Assembly: GCA_951406725.2 (NCBI GenBank)
Contig: OX597816.1
Coordinates: 32,612,001-32,676,000, forward strand
From: Octopus vulgaris
Lineage: Eukaryota
Direction: 5' to 3'
Length of the DNA: 64,000 bases
Notes under the pieces: generated by a model
Seen by the model: only the letters and a program-made list of their open reading frames with translations
Database searches by the model: none
Told to the model about the DNA's origin: nothing
Position numbers and translations under genes: made by a program
Shown: positions 12,995 to 26,600 of the stretch, piece after piece
Position numbering within the stretch: the first letter of the stretch is position 1
How the letters are laid out: each line of letters begins with the position of its first letter

Positions 12995-13745
12995 AAAGAG
13001 TCATATTGTCATTGAATGCTCGAAATGAGTAGAAGCTTGACAGACGACAACTGATGAAGTGTCCTTTTTCTCTATAATCTTTTCCTATTTTCCATTTTTC
13101 TCGTTGTTTACGTATATCACTTTTTTCCCTCGTTTGTGTAGCTTTCTTTCTGTCACTCACTACTCTGACCTGTTTTCTTCCTGCATCCTGCACTAATTAA
13201 TTTGTCTCCCTTTCCTCCTTCACCATTTTCTATATGACTCTCTCTCTCTCTCTTCTCACTTTCTCTTTCTCTTTTTTTTTCTCTCTCTCTCTCGTTTTTC
13301 ACATGTGACCATCAGCCATCTTTCTTTAACTCAAGTGACCACCTTTATTTTCCTGCATGGACGTTGTTTAAACGAGCGCAGATCTTTTTTCTCTCTCTCA
13401 TGTATCATTTCTCTTTTCAAAAACAAATCTTTCTCGCAGGTTTCGCTAATTTTGTCTTGTCTGGTCTAACTAACCTCTATGTTTGCTTTCGTTCTGCTTC
13501 TTTCTATATCTCCACTGTCATTTTTCGTTACCAACTTTGTCCCTCCGTAAATCCTGTATTCTATTTTAGAATTTATGGGAGCCACTCCCTTTGAAGACTC
13601 ATCTTGTCGTTGATTGCACGACATGAGACGTAAAGAAACAATGAAGAACTGATGAAGGGTTCTTATTCTGTGTTAACTTATCCAGTTTTCCATTTTTCTC
13701 GATTTTTACGTATCTCACTCGTGTTTTTCCCTCGTTTGCTTAAGT
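12995..13745 (+). repeat. Diverged direct repeats about 590 bp apart, PLE pseudo-LTR-like
   Basis: About 12995-13140 resembles about 13590-13740 (shared ACTGATGAAG, TTTTCCATTTTTCTCG, TTTACGTAT.TCACT, TTTTTCCCTCGTTTG). The spacer is CT-rich. Confidence 0.55.
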
Positions 13746-14227
13746 ATTTCCTGTTACTTGTACCGTTGGGGATGTGCTGTACCAATATATGCATCTATAT
13801 ATGTGTGTATACGTGTGTGTCTGTTTGGGTCAGTGTTTGTGTTCGTATGAGTATGTGTGTGTGTCTGTGTGTATATATATATCTATAATACACTAAACGC
13901 CAGTTTCAATCCTGCTTGCTTGCAATGTTACCCAGCCAAAGTGGTACTTAATGAGAAATTTCTATGAATTAAGATGCACCGGAAATGTTAATACGAACGG
14001 AACAAAAACAAGTTGCACATAAATCACACAGGTCCTTTTTTGAGATATAGGGATCTTGTAGTATCAATACCCAAAACAGTGCGTAATGGACAAAATATTC
14101 CGAAAATAACTTAATCCTGAAAGGGAAAAAACTCTTATTTTTCGATTACTGTATTCGACAGTGAATTGACAACGAAAAAATACGATTTGTGCTTCGCTCT
14201 TAACCACTGCACCATATGCCCGTGGGC

Positions 14228-14828
<601 letters not shown>

Positions 14829-15288
14829 GATAATAATAATAATAACATTAATAATGATACTGATGCTGATGATGAGGATAATGATAATAATAGTAATAAT
14901 AATGATAATAATAATAATAACAACAACAACAACATCGAAAAATACTTTAGGAATGACAACCCAGCTTCAACATATCCCCAAAGCACCTGATGAACGCTGA
15001 AAGGTATATAGGGAGATAAATTGGAAAATTTGAAGCGAATTTAAATCCCAGAATGCCCCCCCTCCCCAACAAAACCTCATATTACAAAATCCCCAAGAAG
15101 GCCTATGGAAACTACTTAGGATTATCAAGTTTAAGAAAAACCTTCTCAGGAATAAACACCTACGTAATTTGTAGCAGCAATTTAATGAACTTCGAAAATT
15201 AAAGGCTATTATCGTACAGCTGACAACGCCGGAAATATATACAACGTAGACGTTGATCTATACTATAGTCTTTTGCACAATGAATTTA

Positions 15289-15350
<62 letters not shown>

Positions 15351-15352
<2 letters not shown>

Positions 15353-15566
15353 TCTTTACTCTTTTACTTGTTTCAGTCATTTGACTGCGACCATGCTGGA
15401 GCACCACATTTAGTCGAGCAAATCGACCCCGGGACTTATTCTTTGTAAGCCCAGTACTTATGCTATCGGTCTCCTTTGCCGAACCGCTAAGTGACGGGGA
15501 CGTAAACACACCAGCATCGGTTGTCAAGCAATGCTAGGGGCGACAAACACAGACACACAAACATAT

Positions 15567-15644
<78 letters not shown>

Positions 15645-15810
15645 GACAGGCTTCCTTCAGTTTTCGTCTACCAAATCCACTCACAAGGCATTGGTCGGCC
15701 CGAGAATTCGTCATTAAAGACACTTGCACATGATGACACGCAGTGGGACTGAACCCGGAACCATGTGGTTGGTAAGCGAGCTACTTACCACACAGCCACT
15801 CCTGCGCCTA
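15351..15810 (-). mobile_element. tRNA-derived SINE, family A (octopus-type), with internal (TA)n expansion
   Basis: Minus-strand head GGCGCAGGAGTGGCTGTGTGGTAAG (A box), GGTTCAGTCCC (B box) and tail AGTAAAAGAGTAAAGAGT. Close match to 18209-18630 and 55446-55824. Confidence 0.9.
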
Positions 15811-15829
15811 TAAATATATATATATATAT

Positions 15830-17995
15830 AAATACACCTAGAATTAGCCTGAAAGTCTACAAAACTAAGTTACACATTGATCCAAAGTTAAGGCGTATCT
15901 AAAGGACTTTGTAAATCTAATATGGAAAAATTCAGCAATATTATTATAGATAAATACCTGCACTAACTTAAATCAAAAGTAACGCACCGCCTGTGGTCTA
16001 AAACACCAGAAGCAATTAACTGACTTACCAATTTCCTCTATAGGAAAGAATGTAAATTAATTCAACTAGGCATTAACGACTATTACCAATCTATTAACCC
16101 TATTTTATTAAATAAGGCACTTATCTTCGCCACGAACAGAACTATCTTATCTATGAAAGAAATAACAATTATACTTGAAGCTAGAAAGTCTAATATTACA
16201 TAAATTTTTTATTTTAATTTAATTTAAATTTAATTTTTAGAGGGACAGGGAATTATGTACAGGGTGGATGGTCATACAAAAATTCAGGCCATTTTCGGTC
16301 AAGAGAGACTTTGAACCGAGCGTTCGTCGGCATCTTCACTATCCCGTTCAGCAGCTTATTCCACGAATCCGCAACCCGGACGGAGAAAGCCCCTCTCCTT
16401 CGACTGAGATGAAGGAAACTATTAGACATAAAAAGAAACACTGGGCTATTTCCACATACCGAAAAGGCACAAGTCTCCGTAGCGGTAACCCACTTATTCG
16501 GAATATTCCTACTGCACAAATTTAATGACGAATTCTCTGAATACGACGGTGGATTATACCGGGACGACGCACTATTCTTAGTTAGGAATACCTCAAATAG
16601 AATATTAGAACTGTACAAAAAATACTACATACTTGTTTAACAATCAAGGACTATGTATTACCATTAAAAACGTTAATAACTCTATTAACTTCCCAGATGT
16701 TAATTCTACCCACCAACCTTACCATAAACCTAAGACCAATATTACATACATAAATGTATACAGCTTCTACCACCATAATATTATAGAAAACTTGACCACT
16801 AACATAGAGAGAATCATAAATCTAATATCATCTAACGAGGAATTATTTAAAAAACATAAGGATAATTATAACCTAGCACTTCATAAGGCAGGATAGAAAT
16901 AAGAAATTAAATATACTAAAAACGACAACATTAGTAGTAATCATATCAAATTAATGAAATAAATAATATAGACATTATACTGAATTATATATAAGTATAG
17001 ATATTATTATTGAATCCAATTCGCCTGACGAATTATTACACCTAATTAAGCATATAACGAAAACTCTCAATGACAGTTAAAAACATAACATCATAAAAAA
17101 TGATGACATTCATCACTACAATAACTATATTAAAACAATCAAACACCACGAGCAACACACCCGAAATTTTACTAAGGAAAGGAATAAAAAAATTAGTAAT
17201 TATCAATTTCCGAACCACGCTGATATAAACAAATCTAGGAATACTGCCAGCACAACAGCCACGTAATTAATGATAGATATAGGAACATTAATCCAATAAA
17301 TATAGAATATAGGAATTATCTAAACACGCCTTATTACTTCAATGACATGCTTAATCATAACACGCAAATTAATAAAGGTGGGAATGAAATAGCAAAAAAG
17401 AAACCAATAACGTTCTAAACACAACCCAACCTTTTACTGAAGCAAACAATAATAATAATATTTGGATTATAATCCAAATAGTATATTGCTACACATTTAA
17501 AATCTAGCATTATAAGCTCCATTACAATGATAATTAGTAAAATCATCTAAAACTGTAGAGATGCTAATATATTTAATAAAAGAAAATTATATTTGGATTT
17601 TCAGTTTCTCCAAATATTTTTTAGGATAAGAAAAAATGGATCTAGTCTATGATAAAAAAAAGAGCTATAAAAAGTGTACTTAGTGCTTCCAATAATAATA
17701 CTATTAAAGATACATCTGATAATCTCAGAGTCAACAACCACAACACTACTAACAACTGTAACTCTATTAATCCCGCAAAATATAGATATAAAACAGCTAC
17801 AAATTCAGATTTTAACTGCAGAGACCTAATGCCTGTGAAGTAGACAGAAATTGTAAAACTAAAGAAGTTGTATACCAAGCAACTATTATAACTCACGACT
17901 CCTCTAGACACATATACGTATGTAGGAACCAAAGCTCAATTAAATCGAGAATTTCTAACCATAAATTTACTTTTAGGGACCATTGAAAAGAGAAT
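15830..17995 (+). mobile_element. Decayed Penelope-like element 1 (RT plus GIY-YIG), probably Naiad-type
   Basis: RT motifs LWSKTPEAIN*L...LIQLGINDYYQSINPILLNKALIFA...IILEARKS and GGLYRDDALFL; thumb QPYHKP...ISSNEELF...YNLALHKAG; endonuclease NCKTKEVVYQATI...YVG and KSRISNHKFTF. Many stops. Confidence 0.85.
16205..16415 (-). mobile_element. 3' end of a CR1-type LINE nested in PLE 1
   Basis: LHLSRRRGAFSVRVADSWNKLLNGIVKMPTNARFKVSLDRKWPEF closely matches the C-terminus of the 20881-21768 ORF. An AT-rich (TAAAT)n-like tail lies at about 16205-16238. Confidence 0.88.
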
Positions 17996-17996
17996 A

Positions 17997-18110
17997 GTCA
18001 CATATTTCAACTGCTAAAGACAAATACACTACAGTTAACGTGCAGAAAAAATTTCTCTCTAATGGTGAAAAGGTGTGAAAAAAACCTCGTTCGTTCAGTG
18101 TCGGCCTCTC
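17997..18110 (+). repeat. Short repeat, inverted partner of 18720-18835
   Basis: gtcacatatttcaactgctaaagacaaatac...aatggtgaaaaggtgtgaaaaaaacctcgttcgttcagtgtc versus the reverse complement of 18720-18835, gtcatatatttcagctgcgaaaggcaaatac...aaatggtaaaaaggtgtgaaaacaacccgttcgttctgtgtc. Confidence 0.75.
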
Positions 18111-18208
18111 TCTGGAATGTGAGTCATCGATGTTTCAAGTTTGATGAATCTTGTCGATCAGATGTACATGAGAGGGGAAACCCTGATCAAACAGACAAAG
18201 CTTATAGA

Positions 18209-18630
18209 ACTCTCTTTACTCTTTTACTCTTTTACTTGTTTCAGTCATTTCGACTGCGGCCATGCTGGAGCACCACCTTTAGTCGAGCAAATCGACCCTG
18301 GGACTTATTCTTTGTTAGCCCAGTACTTATTATATCGGTCTTTTTTGCCGAACCGCTAAGTGACCGGGATATAAACACACCAGCATCGGTTGTCAAGCAA
18401 TGCTAGGGGGACAAACACAGACACACAAACACACACATACATATATATATATATATACATATATTCGACAGGCTTATTTCAGTTTCCGTCTACCAAATCC
18501 ACTCACAAGTCATTGGTCGGCCCGGGGCTATAGCAGAAGACACTTGCCCAAGATGCCACGCAGTGGGACTGAACCCGGAACCATGTGGTTGGTTAGCAAG
18601 CTACTTACCACACAGCCACTCCTGCGCCTA
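18209..18630 (-). mobile_element. tRNA-derived SINE, family A
   Basis: Full-length match to 15351-15810 and 55446-55824, with A/B boxes and an (AAAAGAGT)n-like tail. Confidence 0.9.
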
Positions 18631-18879
18631 TATATAATACAGTCAACACATTCATTAGTTTACATTAGTGGATCACCCGGTCGAAAAAATATCGGAGTAA
18701 ATGCTATAATCTCACGCCTGAGAGATGACACAGAACGAACGGGTTGTTTTCACACCTTTTTACCATTTGAGGGAATTTGTTTCCACGGTAACTGTCGGGT
18801 ATTTGCCTTTCGCAGCTGAAATATATGACAAATATATTTCAACTAACCTAAATTGTGATTATACGTAGCGCATTTAACC

Positions 18880-20021
18880 TAAAAATAGAATTCCCATTTA
18901 TAGATGCAGGTTTATATAGGGATGACGGCCTTATAGCCACGCATAATCTAAACGGCCATGAATCAGATAGACTTAGGAAGGACCTCATAGCTTTCTTTCA
19001 AAGGATGGGCTTACGGGTTACGATAGATGCTAACCTGAATAGTGTAGATTTTTTAGACGTAAATTTTAATGTAAGATCGGATAGATTTAAACCTTTCCGT
19101 AAGCCCAATGAAAAGCTATCGTATATTAGCAAAGATTCGAACCATCCACCAGTTATCCTTAGGAACTTAGTCAGCAATGTAGGTAGAAGAATATCTTCAA
19201 TTTCCTCGGACGAGGCAGCATTCCATAATGCTGCACCTTATTACGATACCGCATTAAAGAATAGTGGATTCTCTGAGAAGATCCAGTTCAACCAGCTTAA
19301 TGCTGATAATAATGCTGCACGAAGAACTAGGACCAGGAAAGTTTTGTGGTTCAACCCGGCTTTCAATTTGGCCGTAAAGACTAATATAGGTAAGGAATTT
19401 TTGAGATTAGTCTCTAAGCATTTTAAGCAGGGTGATAAATTATATAGGATATTTAATAGAAGAACCCTGAAGGTTAGCTATTCTTGTTGCAGAAATTTCG
19501 CCTCTTACATTAGCCAACATAATAGGTAGCTAATTGAGATTAGACATGGTGCCGAGCCCATTAAGAAATGCAATTGTAAAAACGAAAGCTCCTGTCCGTT
19601 AGAAGAGAAATGTCTAGTGAAAGGAGTAGTTTATAGAGCCAAGGTGCAAGTGGAAGGCTCATCGGAATACAAGACATACACAGGGGCTTCAGAAAATTCA
19701 TTTAAAACAAGATTTTATTCTCATAAAAATTCATTTAAATACCTAGAGAATAGGAAGAGGACCAGCCTGGCAAAATATGTCTGGGAACTAAAAGAAAAGG
19801 AAGCCCCACCTTTCAACGTGACATGGAGCATTCTGGACAGGGCGGCACCATACAGGCATGGAGCATACAAAAATAATTTCAAGTGCAAATTTTGTCTGTT
19901 AGAAAAAACGTACATCTTATTCAAAGACAATAATTCTTTGAATCAAAGAAGTGAGCTAATGAACTTATGTAGGCACGCGGCTAAATTTAAAATGTCGAAT
20001 ATAAATATACCATATGGATAG
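18880..20021 (+). pseudogene. 5'-truncated Penelope-like element 2 ORF (RT C-terminus, thumb, Cys linker, GIY-YIG), single in-frame TAG
   Basis: ORFs 18855-19529 and 19617-20021 are in the same frame and separated only by TAG at 19527-19529. Motifs AGLYRDDGL, FLDV, SNHPP, VLWFNPAF...TNIGKEFL, KVSYSC, CNC...CPL...C, GVVY...YTG, RFYSH, CKFC and LNQRSELMNLCRH. Confidence 0.93.
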
Positions 20022-20792
20022 AGTATATATTTTGTATTTTTGATTTTTGAAATTTTGATTTTGACTCTTGAACGATGAGCGCTACGATCTTAATCCGTAT
20101 AGCAAAGTCTTATGTTTCTACATATACATTAGGAAAAACCTCCGACTTGTTTCCATGTTATTGTATTGTATAGGATTACCTTCATTATTTATATTACCTT
20201 GATTATTTATAAATGATCCAAAATAGGGTGTTATATTTTATTTTATATGTCTTTCGTATATATTTTTATTAATGCATCCATTTTTTTTTTTTTTAAAAGC
20301 AATGTTTTTTTTTTAAAAGCAATGTTGTCAAAATTAGAATGTTGATATAAGTATGTGTATAACTATGTATTTGTAAGCATGCGTATATGTGTATGTGTAA
20401 GTGAGAGTATGTTTGTGCTGAAAGCACACATATACACGACTGTATGTATATGTATCCATTCGAACTTGTGCTTGTATACTTGTCTCCATATATGCCAATA
20501 ACGCCGTTACATAGCGTGTATACATAATTTTTTCTTTTTCTTATTTCGTTTTTCCCCACCCCTCCTTCGTTCCTTTTTCTCTCTCTTCCTTTCTTTCGTT
20601 TCCCCCCCTTACTCAGTATATGAGAATCGCTACATAGATGATTTTTATCTTGCGTGCGAGATGGTTTGCGTGAATATATGTACACATGCATTTATGTGTA
20701 TATTTAGATTTATATTCATACGTCTGTATATGTATGGCGTTTGCGCGCATGTGTATGTTGATGTATATATGTGGATGTTGATATATATATAT

Positions 20793-22070
20793 GTTAGTTA
20801 GTTAGTTAGTTAGTTAAATTGGCTCAAAAGCAAATAGCAAGGTCATGTAGGGGGACATGGAGTTAAGTACAGGGTGGTGTTCATGTAAAGAGTTCAGGCC
20901 ACTTGAGGTCCAGGGAGGCTTTGAACAAAGCGGTCGTCGGCATCTTCACCATCTCGTCTGGCAGCTTGTTCCACGGATCCGCAACCCGGACGGAGAAAGC
21001 TCCTCTCCTTCGATTGAGATGAAATCGTCGCAGGTAGAACTTTTCGGAATGACCCCGCAGCCGACGCTCCGGAGCAGGAGTGAAGAACAGCTCTTTCGAG
21101 AGGTTACACTTCCCGCTTATGATGTTGTGGGCGAGAATGAGATCACCACGGCGGCGGCGTTTTTCAAGAGAACAAAGGTCGAGCGTCCTCAGCCTTTCTT
21201 CGTAGGACAAATTTTTGAGACCATGAACCATGCGGGTAGCAAGCCTCTGGACTCTTTCGAGGTGCTGTATGTCTTTGAGGAGATAAGGAGAAGAGGCTTG
21301 AATCCCATACTCTAATATGGGTCTCACCAGCGTGACATAGAGTGGCAGGAATATGGCTGCTGTGAGCATTCCGAATGACCGTCGAATCAAAAACAGAATT
21401 CCGCGCGCTTTGTTGGCAGCATGGACGCACTGGGCCGAAGGCGAAAAGGAGGAATCCACCAAGATACCCAGGTCCTTTACCTGATCGGTCCTCTCCAGCA
21501 GCAGACGACCCGGCTCGAAATCAAGTTGAGTTGCAGGATTAGAGCCGACAGGCAGATGACAGCACTTCGACACGTTCAGACACAGGTCCCAATCGTTAGA
21601 CCACTTCCAAATTTGGTGGAGGCATCGACGAAGATCCTCTATACTACCGCGAGGAGCGAACAGTTTGATATCGTCGGCAAATAGAAGGGTGTGTTGCGTG
21701 ATGTCGTCGGGCAAGTCATTTATGAAGACTAAGAACAACAAGGGCCCAAGCACTGAACCTTGAGGCACGCCACTGCTCGCACTGGAGACGTCGGACCGCG
21801 AACCATTAACTTGAACTTGGAAGGAGCGATCTGAGAGGAAGGCACCAACCCATCGTACAATATCCTGATGGAAACTATATGCTTGAAGCTTGACAAGTAG
21901 TAGGCGGTGGTTTACCTAGTCAAAAGCTTTGGCAAAGTCCAATAAAACGATGTCAACAGCATCACTATCATCGAGGATGCGCGTCACCAATTCTTCCATT
22001 ACTAGTAAGTTGGTCAAGCATGATCTCTTCGGCACGAAGCCGTGTTGGGAATCAGTGATCGAGGCTATGT
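20793..22070 (-). mobile_element. 5'-truncated, well-preserved CR1-type LINE (RT domain to 3' end)
   Basis: One frame from about 22068: QHGFVPKRSCLTNLL, LDFAKAFD*VNH (single TAG at 21918-21916), GVPQGSVLGPLLF, FADD, LERVQRLATR, RRRRGDLI, stop at 20881. Short 3' UTR and (TAAC)n tail at 20793-20816. Confidence 0.95.
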
Positions 22071-22370
22071 ACAACTTAATATAAATATGTATTGCAGTGT
22101 AATATTTATAACAGGTTTAATTTCTATGCATTAATTTATACCTTCTTCATTAATGTCAATATGTATTTTATTCAATGTAAGGTTCTCCTCGGATTTTATA
22201 ATTTTTATAAGTTTTTTTATATATATATACATATATTTTCGACCTTTTTGTTTATCGCTCGAAGATTGACCGTTTTTTCTAAAGGGCCAATCAAACAAGT
22301 CCATTTCTTTTTAAAGGTGTAGCGTTCGTAAGAGTCTAGATTGAATTGATATATCGGTTCCATTCTAGCA

Positions 22371-22417
22371 AAAACTGTCTGATGAACGGCAACGAGAAAC
22401 TCAGAGTAACAGATTTT
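22371..22417 (+). ncRNA. Minimal type I hammerhead ribozyme in the probable 3' pseudo-LTR of PLE 2
   Basis: Stem I AAAACUGU / ACAG(A)UUUU; CUGAUGA at 22379-22385; stem II a-CG-GCAA-CG-a (closing pair mismatched); GAAA; stem III ACUC-A-GAGU; GUA triplet at 22406-22408. (TA)n begins about 40 bp later. Confidence 0.75.
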
Positions 22418-22453
22418 GTTGAAATTTCTGCTGCTTAAAATAGAGTATATATG

Positions 22454-22517
<64 letters not shown>

Positions 22518-22543
22518 TATATCTATAATTTCCCACAATAAGG

Positions 22544-22852
22544 ATATAAAAAATTAGGAAAAAACACCTCTCAATTCAAAATGAACAATTAAATTACACC
22601 ATCTAGAAAATTACATATAATAGAAAAGTTAAAATGAAAATAACAATAAGATGTAAAGATTAAGTAAATTGCAAAAATAATTATAATAATGTAAATAATA
22701 GGTATTATATACGTTTTTAGTATTATTTTTGCAATTTACTTAATCATTGACATTTTATTGTTATTTTAATTTTAACTTTTCTATTATATGCAATTTTCTA
22801 GATGGTGTAATTTTATTGTTCATTTTGAATTGATAAGCGTTGTCTTTTTCTG

Positions 22853-22862
<10 letters not shown>
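22544..22862. repeat. About 320-bp fold-back palindrome between two (TA)n tracts
   Basis: 22571-22681 is the reverse complement of 22722-22833, with about 6 differences in 111 nt. Looser pairing extends outward. The loop is about 40 nt. Confidence 0.93.
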
Positions 22863-22936
<74 letters not shown>

Positions 22937-25040
22937 AGCTTGTTCGACTAAGTAGATAGTTTAGCGTGATAACTCTCCAATGAATAGCTCATTGTAATAA
23001 TGTAGGCATTCATTGATTTATACAAACGGAATTCACCAGTATGCAAATACAATCTCAATCTGGGTAAACTATTTTGTGTTGATCTTTAAACAGTTAATAA
23101 CATAGTGAAGTTTTGGAATGAAGAAGTGCACTGCTCTCTGAAGAAGACGCCTGAGAGGCCATTAAAATATCGTGAAAGAACAAAGCTGACAATTAAACCA
23201 GAAGTTATTTAATATGGAACTGCAACTGTTAGAGACATTGCATATTTTATCGACACCTCACTGTTCTGCGTAGCAACAGTATTGTAAGATCTTGGATATG
23301 AAAGAAATGTAGCATGAAAGCAGTTATTGATATCAAACTCTATAAAATAGAAAAAAAGTATCTCCAGGGGCAAAGCTTTCTGTAACAAGAAAGAATTAAA
23401 AGAATTTTTCAATTGAATGCCAAGAGATTCTGAGTAGCACAAGCAAAGCATAGGAGGTGGTGGTTTGTGGTTATTAAGGAATTGTTTCAGTCAATGAGTT
23501 GTAATTATATCTCTAGGAAAAGAATTTGAGCGAGAATGATCAGTACTCCGGTTTTGTTGTAAATCATTTAAATGGCTCAAAATATTGTCAAAAACGCCAG
23601 AGAGGATTTGATGTTAATAAAACGCATCAATTCCAATTTAAGAATTGAGAAAAAGCTCTCTTCAAGATGGTAGAGCATTATACTACACAAACAACACGTT
23701 ACAAAATTTGCAAAGGAATTCACAAAATGATGCTCTGAGATGAATTATCAGACCTCCGAATTAGAACAATACAATGCGTTGTAAAATTTCTATTACTTTA
23801 ACCACGATTTTGATCTTCATCACTCTCAGATGTGACAGATGTGTGTGCTTACGTGTACGTATGTGCGTGAGCGAGTGTGTGTACGCGTGCGTATGTGTGA
23901 TTGTGTGTGTGAATGTGTATATGTATATGTGTGTGTGTGTGAGTGTGTGTATGTGTTTGTATGTTTAGTCCACTTAATATAGTAAATATTCTTGTAGATC
24001 GACGGCTACTTTCTTCCATGCGTAGTATGAACTAAGACGTATAACTCAGGGTTGAGTTACGATATTGTTTTCTAGGGTCCAGTAATTGAACAACCATTTA
24101 CAGATATATGGTGAACCTAGACAAAAAAACCCACAAGATAATAAGGAAAAATCAAATCCCATTAACTTGATTGTAGTTTGCCTCCATTCAATGATGTCTC
24201 TTATATTCGCATGAAATACATAGGAGTTTTAACTTTTCCTAAGCATTTGATAACCGGCAATATGAACACCATCCTTCATTTGCAGGTACGTAACACAGTT
24301 ATTTTCTCTCGCCGATATGCCTGAAGTAAAGTGTGTAGTTGGTGTAAGACTGCAATCTCGACGTGTAACACAGTCAACATTCATCACCATTATTTTTAGG
24401 CCAGCAAAGGCTACAAAAGGAAGAAATCTAAGTACAAAATCAAAGACGCTGCTACAAGATAAACACTGTTTGCCATCCTCCCTACTGATTTAACTGATGA
24501 CATAACCATTTCGTCATACTCGCAGAAAACCCTTTTATACACTCACACACACGCACACACACATATATACACATATATATAATTATTTTATTGTCTTCTA
24601 TTAGTTTGTAGCTGCTGTCATGCTGGGGCACCAAAGTGGTTTTGCAGGTTTCCTCTGGCTGGTGGGATTTCACACCATCACTTGCGCATTTGGAATGCAT
24701 TTGTCCCAGCTGTTGGCCCATTTGGGGTAGGAGAGAGTTTAATTCCGCTGCCCTCATCTATACCACATGATGAGCCGTTGTTTCATCCGGTATTGTGGAC
24801 AGGAACATGTCTAGTAAATTTCGAATACATCTATACACAATTATATACATATCTTAAATTTTGTAGCAAGGCATTGAAGAGCTGTTGGACTTTGAAACCT
24901 AGACTATTTCAGTACCTAGTCTTGAATTTAGATGGTGTGGATGGTGCCTTTCATAAAATACAAAGGCGTCCATCCACACCATGTATATGTATGTATGACG
25001 TATGTATGTATGTATGCATGTATGTATGTATGTATATATA

Positions 25041-26135
<1,095 letters not shown>

Positions 26136-26225
26136 CTATAATGTATGTTATATATTATGAAATTCCGTCTAATATTATTATAATGAATTTTACCTGTAAG
26201 TTTGGAATAATAATTTATTCCCATA

Positions 26226-26599
<374 letters not shown>

Positions 26600-26600
<1 letters not shown>

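Noticed and set aside
19527-19529. In-frame stop in the PLE 2 ORF as selenocysteine recoding (reported for some Naiad elements)
   Set aside because: The stop is TAG, not TGA, and is not at a conserved Cys. The conserved cysteines use TGT/TGC. A simple nonsense mutation is more likely.
20857-21684. Plus-strand ORFs 20857-21315 and 21421-21684 (also 16268-16525, 34085-34522)
   Set aside because: They are antisense shadows of the CR1 and mariner coding sequences.
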